Shown piece by piece: positions 15,043 to 24,178 of a DNA stretch of 64,000 nt. Positions within the stretch are counted from its first letter, which is position 1. Every line of letters begins with the position of its first letter. Source of the stretch: Alphaproteobacteria bacterium (lineage in GTDB: Bacteria; Pseudomonadota; Alphaproteobacteria; Rickettsiales; SXRF01). The notes under the pieces were generated by a model that was not told the origin of the DNA, did no database searches, and was given only the letters and a program-made list of their open reading frames with translations. The stretch is taken from assembly GCA_025362975.1 (NCBI GenBank), contig JANYES010000018.1:147309-211308 (forward strand), written 5' to 3'. The translations under genes were made by a program, and so were the position numbers.

Positions 15043-17416
15043 GCTGGAACTGAAAAACTTTAGAGGTGCAAGGGAGGCCATTCCTCTAATTTTGGAAACA
15101 GGCCAATCAGCATTGATCTATGGAGATAATGGGGCGGGCAAGAGTTCTTTTGCAGATGCTATTGAATGGTTCATAACAGACAAAATTTTTAGGTTAGATG
15201 GTGAAGAGGTTGGTACTTATGGGGGGGTACGAAACGAATTGTGCGCCCTTACTGATGAGTGTTCCGTTAGTATTGAATGTGTTGGTGGTTTAGGAGGCAC
15301 TAAAAAACTTCAAACAGTGGGAGATCGCCAAAAACCCGAAATCGATACAAAAGCCACAGAAATTATAGAGAAGCTTTCTAAAGAAAACCTGATTATTAGA
15401 AACTCTCAATTGGTTGATTTTATTATTGCCACCAAAGGGGAAAGATTAGTTGAAATATCTAATTTGGTTGGATTAGAGGAATTAATAAAAACAAAAGCCA
15501 CTTTAACAAAAGCGGCAAATGATCTTAAAAGACTTTTGCGCGATAGGAATTTTGAATCTCAAATAGCTTCTAAAAAGAAGCTGCTTTTAGAAAAGCTCAA
15601 CGCAAATATATCTAATCGAAAGCAATTTTATGCAGCTATAAATGCCAAGATAAAGCCCTTCGAGCTTGGCATTGAAGTTAAAGACTCCTTATCCTTAGCA
15701 CAGGTTATTAAGCTTCTCAAAGAAGGTATTAATGAGAAGGAACAAAAGGAACAAACCACTCTAGAGCTAGCCGAGAACTCTCTTAAAGAGCAATTTGAAA
15801 AGCTAGCGGATTTTGAATCTAAGCTTACAGAGTTTTCTAAGGGTATTGCAGCTCTCAAAGAAGAGAAGAAGTCACTTGGTCAGATAAAACTATCCAAGCT
15901 CTTAGAAGAGGCAGAAAAGGTACTCGCAATACATGAAAATGATGATTGCCCATTATGCCAAAAACCTATCGAGAGAGCTATTTTAATAGACCTGATTAAG
16001 AAAAGAATCGCCGATCTCAAATCAGTCCAAGAAAAATTCAAACTAATAAACGAATTAAGAGAATCGCTTTATGAATCTCTTAGATCAATATATCAGGCCA
16101 TTAAACTTAGGCTGACAGAAATACAGAATTTGGGGATTTCTAATATAGATATTTCCCATGCCTTAGAAGGCCAGAAAGCTTTAGAGCCTTTAGGGAAAGA
16201 GCTAAAAAAGGACACTTTAGAAATAGAAATTACTAGTCTTGTTTTTCCTAAGGAAAAACTTCAATCGATCCAAAATTTAGCTACTGAAATAAATACAGAA
16301 TTATTAAAGCGTCGAAAAAGTAATACCAGCCAAAAAATAGAGTTATTAACTACTATTGCGATAGCAGAAAGTACGCTCACTGATATTGAGAATATGGAAG
16401 CTGAAAAAGCCATAATTGACAAACAAAAAGAAGCTCTAGAGGGTATCAGAGATTATTTTATTGCCCTTCAGAGGCATGAAACTGAAATTCTAATTAAAGA
16501 CATAGCTGAAAAGGTAAATGAATATTTTGTATTCATGAATCAGGGGGCTAATGTTGATGGCATCAAATTTTCCCCTGTAATTTCCAATGAAGAGTTTGTC
16601 GGGATAGCGATTGAATTCGTTTTTCATAAAAAAACAGTCGCATCACCAAAAAAATTCTTGAGCGAATCATATCTAAACTGTATCGGATTGTGCCTATTTT
16701 TGGCATCGCTATCTGTTAATAAGAACGCAAACTTCTTTGTGCTTGATGATGTGATTTCAAGCTTTGATAAGAAGCATCGGATTAGATTTGGTCAATTATT
16801 AGCAAACAAATTCTCCAATTATCAAATTTTGGCTCTTACACATGAATCTGAATGGTTTGAAATCTTTGCAAATGAAGTTCGCGGTAAAGGCTGGAAAATC
16901 CATAAGGCAAAATGGAATCCTGAAACAGGTATATCGCTTGATATACCCTCTATTTCGTTATTAGAAAAAATCCAATCTAAGATTGATGCTTCTGAAGAAG
17001 ATGGACTAGGAAATACTCTTAGAATTTATACAGAGCGTCTATTTAAGGAAATGTGCTGTTCCTTAGGGGCTAGGGTTTATTTCCAGTTTAATGATAACAA
17101 TGAAAATCGCATGATGAGCGAATTACTCAATTATATAAAATCTCGCCTTGCAGAGAAAAACCCTGATCTTGCTAAATCCGATATAATCACAAACCTGAGT
17201 ACGACGAATTTTATTGCCAATACAACTTCGCATGATTCTTCCTTCAAAGAAAATATCGATGACTTCAAAGTAATTTGGCAGGATTTACAAAAATTGGATG
17301 GGCTTTTTAGATGTGGCGAATGTAAGAAACTTGTCAATTTCAAAACCTTCGATTCTTCTAGCAAAGAAATACATTGCGGATGCAGCAAAAGGAAAGCTGT
17401 GAATTGGAAGGATTGA
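15029..17416 (+). CDS. AAA_13-type ABC/SMC-like ATPase with coiled coil and CxxC hook; RloC/PrrC-like C-terminal region
   Basis: Walker A GDNGAGKSS (res 33-40), K/E/L-rich heptad region res ~120-500 with CPLC at 307-310, LSESY, Walker B FFVLDDV and LALTHE. The C-terminal region has LRIYTE (R-x3-E), SH at 734-735 and a terminal CGEC ... CGC zinc ribbon. Confidence 0.85.
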   Translation: MKIRKLELKNFRGAREAIPLILETGQSALIYGDNGAGKSSFADAIEWFITDKIFRLDGEEVGTYGGVRNELCALTDECSVSIECVGGLGGTKKLQTVGDRQKPEIDTKATEIIEKLSKENLIIRNSQLVDFIIATKGERLVEISNLVGLEELIKTKATLTKAANDLKRLLRDRNFESQIASKKKLLLEKLNANISNRKQFYAAINAKIKPFELGIEVKDSLSLAQVIKLLKEGINEKEQKEQTTLELAENSLKEQFEKLADFESKLTEFSKGIAALKEEKKSLGQIKLSKLLEEAEKVLAIHENDDCPLCQKPIERAILIDLIKKRIADLKSVQEKFKLINELRESLYESLRSIYQAIKLRLTEIQNLGISNIDISHALEGQKALEPLGKELKKDTLEIEITSLVFPKEKLQSIQNLATEINTELLKRRKSNTSQKIELLTTIAIAESTLTDIENMEAEKAIIDKQKEALEGIRDYFIALQRHETEILIKDIAEKVNEYFVFMNQGANVDGIKFSPVISNEEFVGIAIEFVFHKKTVASPKKFLSESYLNCIGLCLFLASLSVNKNANFFVLDDVISSFDKKHRIRFGQLLANKFSNYQILALTHESEWFEIFANEVRGKGWKIHKAKWNPETGISLDIPSISLLEKIQSKIDASEEDGLGNTLRIYTERLFKEMCCSLGARVYFQFNDNNENRMMSELLNYIKSRLAEKNPDLAKSDIITNLSTTNFIANTTSHDSSFKENIDDFKVIWQDLQKLDGLFRCGECKKLVNFKTFDSSSKEIHCGCSKRKAVNWKD

Positions 17417-17511
17417 TTTGTTTCTTCTTTCAAAACAATATGCTAATTGTATTATATAGTTATAATTTAAAAAATAAATACCGCGCAAGCAGTAGCTGGA
17501 GATTTTAAATA

Positions 17512-18141
17512 ATGCAAAATGCTAAATTTGATAGAGCAAAACATGTCTATAGAAATGAGGCTTTTGTAGAACTGGTCAAAGACGCAGTTCGTTTTTTTAA
17601 TGGAACTCCAGTACACGCCCTGCCTCCTCCTGAGAAATTTACCGGCACTGGGGTATATGCGCTTTATTACATAGGAAAAAATGAATTATATAAAAAATAC
17701 GCCGAGCTAAACAGGCTATCTTATGGTTATCCAATATATGTTGGAAAGGCTGTTCCAAGGGGATGGCGGCAATCTCGCCAATCAGATAACGCTCTGAATC
17801 AATCAAATGAATTGTTTTCGAGACTCAAAGAACATAGCAGAAATATAAGCTCAGGGCACGGGCTTGAGATAGCAGACTTTTATTGCCGCTTTGTGATATT
17901 TGAAGAAGATGGATCAGATATGATAAGCACTATAGAGGCAGCCCTAATAAAACTAAATAGACCCCTTTGGAACACTATTGTAGATGGGTTTGGCAATCAT
18001 ACTCCTGGTGCGGGGCGTTTTGAGCAAGCAAAGTCTGATTGGGATCAAATTCACCCCGGAAGAGGCTGGGCTGAGAAATGCAATGGTATGCCAAAAGATA
18101 AAGATAAAATTATCGCAGAAATTGAGAAACACTTTGGTTAG
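17512..18141 (+). CDS. Eco29kI-family (GIY-YIG) type II restriction endonuclease
   Basis: LPPPEKFTGTGVYALYYIG ... YPIYVGKAVPRGWR ... RLKEH ... GFGNHTPGAGR, as I recall the RE_Eco29kI family. Confidence 0.8.
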   Translation: MQNAKFDRAKHVYRNEAFVELVKDAVRFFNGTPVHALPPPEKFTGTGVYALYYIGKNELYKKYAELNRLSYGYPIYVGKAVPRGWRQSRQSDNALNQSNELFSRLKEHSRNISSGHGLEIADFYCRFVIFEEDGSDMISTIEAALIKLNRPLWNTIVDGFGNHTPGAGRFEQAKSDWDQIHPGRGWAEKCNGMPKDKDKIIAEIEKHFG

Positions 18142-18158
18142 CTGTAAAGGAGCGTCCT

Positions 18159-19319
18159 ATTCAATCTGTTGAACTTTTCTCAGGTGCAGGCGGCCTTGCT
18201 AAGGGGCTAGAAATCGCAGGTTTCCAACATATTGCGTTTGTTGAGTACAACAAAGACGCTTGCTCATCTTTACGTTCAAATTTTAGGCCTGACCTTGTTT
18301 TTCAAGGTGATATTAGAGATTTTGATCTAGATGTATTGTCCAATATTGCGATTGTTGCTGGCGGCCCACCATGCCAACCCTTTTCACTTGGTGGTAAACA
18401 TAAAGCTCACGATGACAACAGGGATATGTTTCCCTATGCAATTAAAGCAATTGAAAAGCTCAAACCAAGAGCTTTTGTGTTTGAAAACGTAAAGGGTTTA
18501 TTACGGCAATCGTTTTCTGAATATTTCCAATACATAATTCTAAGGCTAAGTTACCCAGACTTTTTACCTAATTTGGATGAAGATTGGAAAGAGCAATTAG
18601 TGCATCTTCGATCCATAAATTATAATAAGTACTCGGGAATTAAATATGATGTTAGTTATCAGCTAATAAATGCTGCTGATTATGGAGTGCCACAAACTCG
18701 TGAGCGTGTTGTAATTGTTGGTATTCGTTCAGATTTAAATAAGAAGTGGGAATTCCCAAAGGCCACTCACTCCAAGACTAGATTAATATGGGATCAATAT
18801 GTTTCTGGAGAATATTGGGACAATCATGGAATATGCGCCCCTGAAGGCTCTATTTTTGATAGATATACTCAGCAAACAATAGACCGCTTAAAACGGTATC
18901 ACGGCATGTTTCCTCCAGAAGAAAAGGCATGGAAAACCATACGAGATGCACTCGTGAATGTGCCTTCACCGCAAATGCCGCACACAATATCAGACCATAT
19001 ATTTAGAGATGGTGCAAAATGCTACCCGGGGCATACGGGCAGTGATCTAGATTGGCCTTCTAAAACTATTAAGGCTGGTGGACATGGAGTGCCGGGAGGA
19101 GAAAATATGATTAGGTTCCCCGATGGTACGGTGCGCTATCTTACAGTTTATGAAGCAAAGCTTCTGCAAACATTTCCTCGTGATTTTACTATTACGGGTG
19201 CTTGGGGTGAGGCAATGCGCCAAATTGGTAATGCTGTGCCTGTTTTAATGGCTGAAACAATTGGACGGCAATTGCACTCTCTTATCAGCCACCCAACTGC
19301 AAAAAAGAAAGTTGCCTAA
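18159..19319 (+). CDS. DNA (cytosine-5) methyltransferase; start codon uncertain (proposed ATT 18159)
   Basis: Motif I ELFSGAGG (from 18171), IV GGPPCQPFS, VI ENV, VIII QTRERV, X GNAVPV. The frame opens at 18126 and has no ATG, GTG or TTG before motif I. AAGGAG at 18147-18152 lies 6 nt before ATT. Confidence 0.8.
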   Translation: MQSVELFSGAGGLAKGLEIAGFQHIAFVEYNKDACSSLRSNFRPDLVFQGDIRDFDLDVLSNIAIVAGGPPCQPFSLGGKHKAHDDNRDMFPYAIKAIEKLKPRAFVFENVKGLLRQSFSEYFQYIILRLSYPDFLPNLDEDWKEQLVHLRSINYNKYSGIKYDVSYQLINAADYGVPQTRERVVIVGIRSDLNKKWEFPKATHSKTRLIWDQYVSGEYWDNHGICAPEGSIFDRYTQQTIDRLKRYHGMFPPEEKAWKTIRDALVNVPSPQMPHTISDHIFRDGAKCYPGHTGSDLDWPSKTIKAGGHGVPGGENMIRFPDGTVRYLTVYEAKLLQTFPRDFTITGAWGEAMRQIGNAVPVLMAETIGRQLHSLISHPTAKKKVA

Positions 19320-19499
19320 TTCCATAAAGTGATTTTTTCTATATTTTATTTATAAATATAAATCGCTCTTCTGCCTTTTTGTGATTTTTTGCGAATTTTT
19401 CAGGATTTTGGCTGATCCTGTTGATTAAATCACTTGCTACAAGGTCTAATACCCCGGGTATTTCAGATATGTCTCGCCCTATCACGGCTGTTAGGGAGG

Positions 19500-20552
19500 T
19501 CAACATTCCTGATATATGGCTCCCATATCCGTATTGCTCAGAAAGGTGTTTTTGATAACAATCGCAGCATGGCCACCTGCTTTCAGATGTTTAACGAAAT
19601 GCTGTAAGAACAGCGAGGCAGTCTCCCCCGTTTTGATGGGGAAGTTTTGCTGCACCTCTTTGCGCTGCTTACCCCCGAAGGGCGGGTTGGCAAGGATGAC
19701 GTCGAAGCGGTCTTTTTCCTGAATGTCGTTGATATTCTCAGCCAGAGTGTTGGTGTGCAGAATGTTCGGTGTCTCGATCCCATGCAAAATCATGTTCATG
19801 ATGGCGATGACATAGGCGAGGCTTTTCTTTTCTTTGCCGTAGAAGGTGCGCTGTTGCAGGGTTTGCAGGTCGCTGGTCGTCAGGTCCTTGCTGGCGCGTA
19901 GATACTCATACGCCTCGCACAAGAAGCCTGCGGAGCCGACCGCGCCATCGTAAATCCGTTCGCCGATTTCTGGCTTCGTCACCTGAATCATGGCACGAAT
20001 CAGCGAACGTGGGGTGTAATACTCGCCGCCGTTGCGCCCCGCATTGCCCATGTTTTTGATGCGGGTTTCATAGAGGTGCGAGAGTTCGTGCTTTTCCTTC
20101 TGCGAGCGGAAGCGTAGCTCATCCACCCGTTCCAGCACGTCGCGCAGGGTGAAGCCGCTTTGTACCTTATTGCGGATTTCACCGAATATTTCGCCGATTT
20201 TATACTCGATAGTGTCGGGGCTATCGGCCTTTTGCTTGAAGCCTTTGAGGTAGGGGAACAGCTTGGCATCTACAAACTCGCGCAGGTCGTCGCCCGTTAG
20301 CGCGTTATTGTGGTCGAATGTGCCATCGGCGGCTTTGGGTGCTGCCCATGATTCCCAGCGGTAGGGTGTGTCGATGATGTATTCGTATTTTTTGCCCACC
20401 AGCTCGGCTTCATCAGCTTTTTGGCGCTCCAGATCGTCGAGATATTTCAGGAATAAAATCCATGAGGTTTGCTCGGCATAATCCAGCTCGCTGGTGCAGC
20501 CTGCATCTTTGTGTAGCACATCGTCGATATTCTTGAAGACTTGTTCAAACAT
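19500..20552 (-). pseudogene. hsdM: Second hsdM copy, 3'-truncated (first ~343 codons, then 7 foreign codons)
   Basis: Near-identical to 8367-9818 through ...VIKNTFLSNTD. Homology is lost near 19520-19531 at the AT-rich cassette. Confidence 0.85.
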
Positions 20553-20641
20553 TGCGTTGCCTTGGTGAGTGTTGTTTTCCCTAACTTAACGCCCTGTCCA
20601 AACAATGCAATTATTATTAGTGTCCAGCCTGTTATCTTTCC

Positions 20642-20941
20642 TCATGAGGCTGACGGCGTCATCCCTAGGTAATTCAGCACGTTTTTGATGACTTCTGGTG
20701 TGATGGCAGGGTTCTTGACATCTAATCCTTTAATCAGTTCCCCTTGGCGCTCGACGCTGACATTACCATAGCTGCGGAAGGTGGTCATCACGCTCTCATG
20801 GCCGATATTCTGGCTCCATGCCTTAAATTCTTCGGGGCTTCGGCAACGCTGTTCGCCAACCTGCACCAGCGTCTTGCGGAGCAGGTGCGGGTGGTAATAA
20901 GGCAAGCCTACTTGTGCATAGGCTTCCCGCATAACCGGCAT
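20642..20941 (-). pseudogene. Integrase A remnant (C-terminal 96 codons fused to the first two codons of the HTH/Zn-ribbon gene)
   Basis: MPV-MREAYAQVGLPYYHPHLLRKT... aligns with residues ~266-364 of 9879-10973. The ATGCCG matches the start of 10970-11455. Confidence 0.8.
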
Positions 20942-20943
20942 GG

Positions 20944-21045
20944 TTATGCCTGTTCCGTGCCGACGGTGCGGGCGGTAACGAATGCCTGTAAATCAGACAG
21001 GCGGTATTTAACCAAGCGCCCGACCTTGACGTATGGAAGGGGGTA
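20944..21045 (-). pseudogene. AlpA-like gene remnant, C-terminal 33 codons
   Basis: The reverse translation YPLPYVKVGRLVKYRLSDLQAFVTARTVGTEQA* parallels the end of 11460-11672. Homology stops at 21045. Confidence 0.7.
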
Positions 21046-21136
21046 TCAAGCTATTGTGCAGCAAAAGACAAATCCTGTCATTATCCTGAGCCTGTCAAAT
21101 AAGCCTCAACCTTGCACTTTGCGGGATATAAAAATA

Positions 21137-21511
21137 GTGCCACTGGTAGAGTGCTTAGTACATCAGAAAGGTGGCTACCATATTTACTTTCCGGCATGGG
21201 TTTTCTCAGGTGCCGATCTGGTCAAACAGCGTGCGGGGCAGGCAAGGGCAGCGAATGATCCTATCCATAAACAGAAGGAAATCCTGCGTCCGTTTGTTCG
21301 GCAAAATATCATAAGCAAGTTCCTTACGCTAATGCATCATGAAATTGCAGGTGCAATTACTCAGGATCATGCGAAGCAAATTACTTACCATGACGGTCAC
21401 GGAAACCCGAAGCTGCTATCCCCTGCTATGGTGCGTGAGGTAGTTAAGGATGTGCTCATTGAAAAAGGCCTATCTGAGCGAATTTCCGGGCGTAAGCAGA
21501 CAGACGCCTAA
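21137..21511 (+). CDS. Hypothetical protein (GTG start guessed)
   Basis: This is the 3' part of ORF-track entry 20744..21511. The 5' part of that ORF is antisense to the integrase and AlpA remnants, so only the distal part is plausible. A hairpin CAGGTGGCC/GGCCACCTG follows it. Confidence 0.3.
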   Translation: MPLVECLVHQKGGYHIYFPAWVFSGADLVKQRAGQARAANDPIHKQKEILRPFVRQNIISKFLTLMHHEIAGAITQDHAKQITYHDGHGNPKLLSPAMVREVVKDVLIEKGLSERISGRKQTDA

Positions 21512-21627
21512 AGGGACAGGTGGCCTTCAGCACATGGGGTGCCTGTCAGCACAGGCCACCTGCCTTACCGATGCACTATCATTGACATAAAATGACCTCA
21601 CTTGATTAACAAACAGTGAGGTTCACC

Positions 21628-21774
21628 ATGCAATCCGAAAACATCCCTACCAATACCCAGCTTTTCACCCGCCGCCAAGCTGCCAACTATCTAGGCATCA
21701 AGGAAAACACCTTAGCAGTGTGGGCAACCACTAAACGGCATCCGCTATGCGCCGCAACAAACCGCTGCCATTAA
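21628..21774 (+). pseudogene. AlpA-like gene remnant, N-terminal 40 codons, opposite orientation
   Basis: MQSENIPTNTQLFTRRQAANYLGIKENTLAVWATTKRHPL, then unrelated codons. The break near 21747 falls at the same K-R-(Y/H)-P-L position as the remnant at 20944-21045. Confidence 0.65.
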
Positions 21775-22064
21775 TCAGATTAGGCGAGCAGAAACACGAT
21801 TTTATTCATTTACATGATGTAGTAAGCGCCTTAATGTTCTTGAGCAAGCAACCTACCTCTTTGGAAACCTATGATGTGGGAACTGGACACCATTATATGA
21901 TTCGTGACCTTGCCGAGCGTTTACACTGCCCGCTAGAACACATTGAGGTGCGCTTTTTTGACGTTGATGACCCCCACGGCAATATCTCCAGAATGGAAGC
22001 ACTGGGTTGGAAAGCGCGAGAAGATGTTATCGAGTATGTAGAACAATTGCGCGAGATAAAATAA
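21747..22064 (+). pseudogene. NAD-dependent epimerase/dehydratase, C-terminal fragment
   Basis: GEQKHDFIHLHDVVSALMFL ... YDVGTGHHYMIRDLAE matches the C-terminal third of SDR-type epimerases. No Rossmann N-terminus is present. Confidence 0.6.
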
Positions 22065-22071
22065 AAAGACC

Positions 22072-22878
22072 ATGAGCATGTTTAAAGTCTTTGGCCGCAG
22101 TTACGGATTCGCAAGACGTATGAAGTCCTGGTTTTTTTTCTATGTCGATTTTCTAACCGGATGTAGCAATATAGAGCCTGCTAATATACATCCCGACATC
22201 AAAATTTATCAGATATATTACAATGAAGGATCGCAACTTCAATTGGACAGGCAGTTTACTCCTTACCTAAACACGCACTGTACAAAATATTTTTCCGACC
22301 AGGTGGCAATAGAGCTTTATGATGCGGGCCTGATGGATGAATGCGATTATTTTGGCATAGTAAGCTGGCGTCTATGGCAAAAGATACGGCGCGGCGATAT
22401 ACGGGCACAAATATATGCAGATAACAAGGCGCATGATTTTTATTATTTCACTCGCCGCCTCCCTGGGATTAAGCAGAAGCAGCTGTGGCAACAGGCGAAT
22501 TTCCTTCACTCTACGGACCTAACCTCTTATATTCAGATGTTACTGTCTGAGTTGGGTTTTAATGTTGATTTATTGAAAATGGATCTAGTCCCCGCATATT
22601 TTAGCTATCAAATTTGTAAAACAATGCTGTATCAGGATTATATTGAAACGCTTTTAAAGCCAATGATAGCACTTATGGAGGATACATCTCGTCCCGACCT
22701 TCAAGCCTGGCTTAATCAGGATGCCAATTACGAGCGCTATGGCAATGCTCTGACAAAGGAGCGGCTACGTGAGATCACAGGCTTTCCTTATTATACAAAA
22801 CATACCTTCATAACCGAGCGCCTGTTTGCGACCTATGCTGCGCTGAAAGGCTGGAAGGGAAAAGTTATCAGCTTATGA
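22072..22878 (+). CDS. Hypothetical protein (268 aa)
   Basis: Clean ORF that overlaps the next gene by 4 nt (ATGA). I recognise no motif. Confidence 0.55.
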   Translation: MSMFKVFGRSYGFARRMKSWFFFYVDFLTGCSNIEPANIHPDIKIYQIYYNEGSQLQLDRQFTPYLNTHCTKYFSDQVAIELYDAGLMDECDYFGIVSWRLWQKIRRGDIRAQIYADNKAHDFYYFTRRLPGIKQKQLWQQANFLHSTDLTSYIQMLLSELGFNVDLLKMDLVPAYFSYQICKTMLYQDYIETLLKPMIALMEDTSRPDLQAWLNQDANYERYGNALTKERLREITGFPYYTKHTFITERLFATYAALKGWKGKVISL

Positions 22879-23867
22879 CCATCAAAGAGCCACAAAATCT
22901 TACGCCTGTTGTAACATGCCCCTACTGCATGCACCATGAATGCATTCCATTATATTCAAACGTTTACGACAGGTTGAAAATATCTACTAAATCCTGGAGC
23001 TTTCTGAGCTGCAAATTTTGCAAGGCCGCCATTCTTTCACCTCACCCCTCAAGGCAAGACTTAAACCGTTATTATCCGAATGATTATTTATTCACCACAA
23101 AGAAAAATAGCACTACTATAAATAAGTTAACATCCTGGCTTGCATATTTTTTCTTCTACCGTTTTTTGCGCTCCGATGTGACCAAAAATCTTTCTCCTAA
23201 CTGCGGAACTGGTCACGAAAAGAAAAAAATATTAGATATCGGGTGCGGCATGGGAAATCTACTTCGTAAGGCTGTAAAAAACGGATTTGATGCCTATGGC
23301 ATTGATTTTTCAAAGGCTAACATAGTTCAGGTTAATACTATACCAGGAGTTAAAGCTTATCATGCCGATATTCATCAGGCTACCAACCTGTTTCCTGCAG
23401 GGTCATTTGATATTGTTACCGCGTTTCATGTGCTGGAACATGTTGTTGAGCCGGTTACCCTTCTGAAACAATGTAATATACTATTGAAAGAAAATGGTGA
23501 ATTGGCAATAGAAGTTCCTGCAATCGATAGTTTGCAAGCAAAAATACTTAGGCATAAATGGATAACACTACGCGAAGCACCAAGGCATTTGACCGTGCCA
23601 TCAAAACACGCGCTTGAGATAGCATGTCACGCGGCAGGGTTCAGAAAAATCGTGATTGCTCCTGGCAGACTTTTCGACAGTGCCGGGTTCATTGCGTTAT
23701 CGTTGCTGCCATATAGTGCAGAGCATTTTCAAAATAGTGGAATAAATTGGCCAAAATTTGCGAGATTGCTATCGGCTGTCATCATACTAGCAAGTTTACC
23801 TTGGGTGTGGTTCGAATCGTATATTTGTAAACGCCCTGCTACAATTATTTTACATGCTTATAAATAA
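22875..23867 (+). CDS. Class I SAM-dependent methyltransferase with N-terminal zinc ribbon
   Basis: CPYC ... CKFC pairs, SAM motif ILDIGCGMGNLL, and post-I/II motifs (AYGIDFS, VTAFHVLEHV). Confidence 0.8.
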   Translation: MTIKEPQNLTPVVTCPYCMHHECIPLYSNVYDRLKISTKSWSFLSCKFCKAAILSPHPSRQDLNRYYPNDYLFTTKKNSTTINKLTSWLAYFFFYRFLRSDVTKNLSPNCGTGHEKKKILDIGCGMGNLLRKAVKNGFDAYGIDFSKANIVQVNTIPGVKAYHADIHQATNLFPAGSFDIVTAFHVLEHVVEPVTLLKQCNILLKENGELAIEVPAIDSLQAKILRHKWITLREAPRHLTVPSKHALEIACHAAGFRKIVIAPGRLFDSAGFIALSLLPYSAEHFQNSGINWPKFARLLSAVIILASLPWVWFESYICKRPATIILHAYK

Positions 23868-23933
23868 AAACTCAGCATCTAAAGTTGCCTTTTTCTTAAC
23901 CGTGTTGACGTATGGCATTCGAATTTTTTTTCT

Positions 23934-24178
23934 GTGGAGCATGTTTTGCCCCAAACTCTGGCTGACGCCATCCAATGGAAGAAGGATTTCACTGATGAGC
24001 AGCGAAAGGAATGGACTGACCGGCTCGGAAATCTAGTCTTGATAAGCACGACGAAAAACAGCTCACGGTGGCGGTTTGATTACGCTGAAAAGAAGTCAAA
24101 ATACTTCGCCAAGAAAATCAATTTACCTGCAAATATTACCTTAAGCACAGCTGGAAACAAAAATCCGAATATCATGCA
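23934..24178 (+). pseudogene. DUF1524/HNH-like (GmrSD C-terminal type) fragment
   Basis: VEHVLPQT ... W ... RLGNLVLISTTKNS matches the EH-x-x-P ... LGNL-x-L ... N motif series. There is no N-terminal DUF262 part, and the reading frame runs into the antisense of the MCP gene. Confidence 0.55.

Larger units (their letters stand above)
14297..19531. mobile_element. AT-rich 5.2-kb defence cassette (no recombinase of its own)
   Basis: Hand counts of 60-nt lines give about 28% G+C inside (14401, 16021) against about 48-67% in flanking lines (8401, 10501). The right edge is the break in the second hsdM copy near 19520-19531. Confidence 0.65.

Noticed and set aside
20744-21136. 5' portion of the 255-aa ORF 20744..21511
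   Set aside because: It runs antisense through the integrase and AlpA remnants. Only the distal part (from about 21137) could be a real gene, and even that call is weak.
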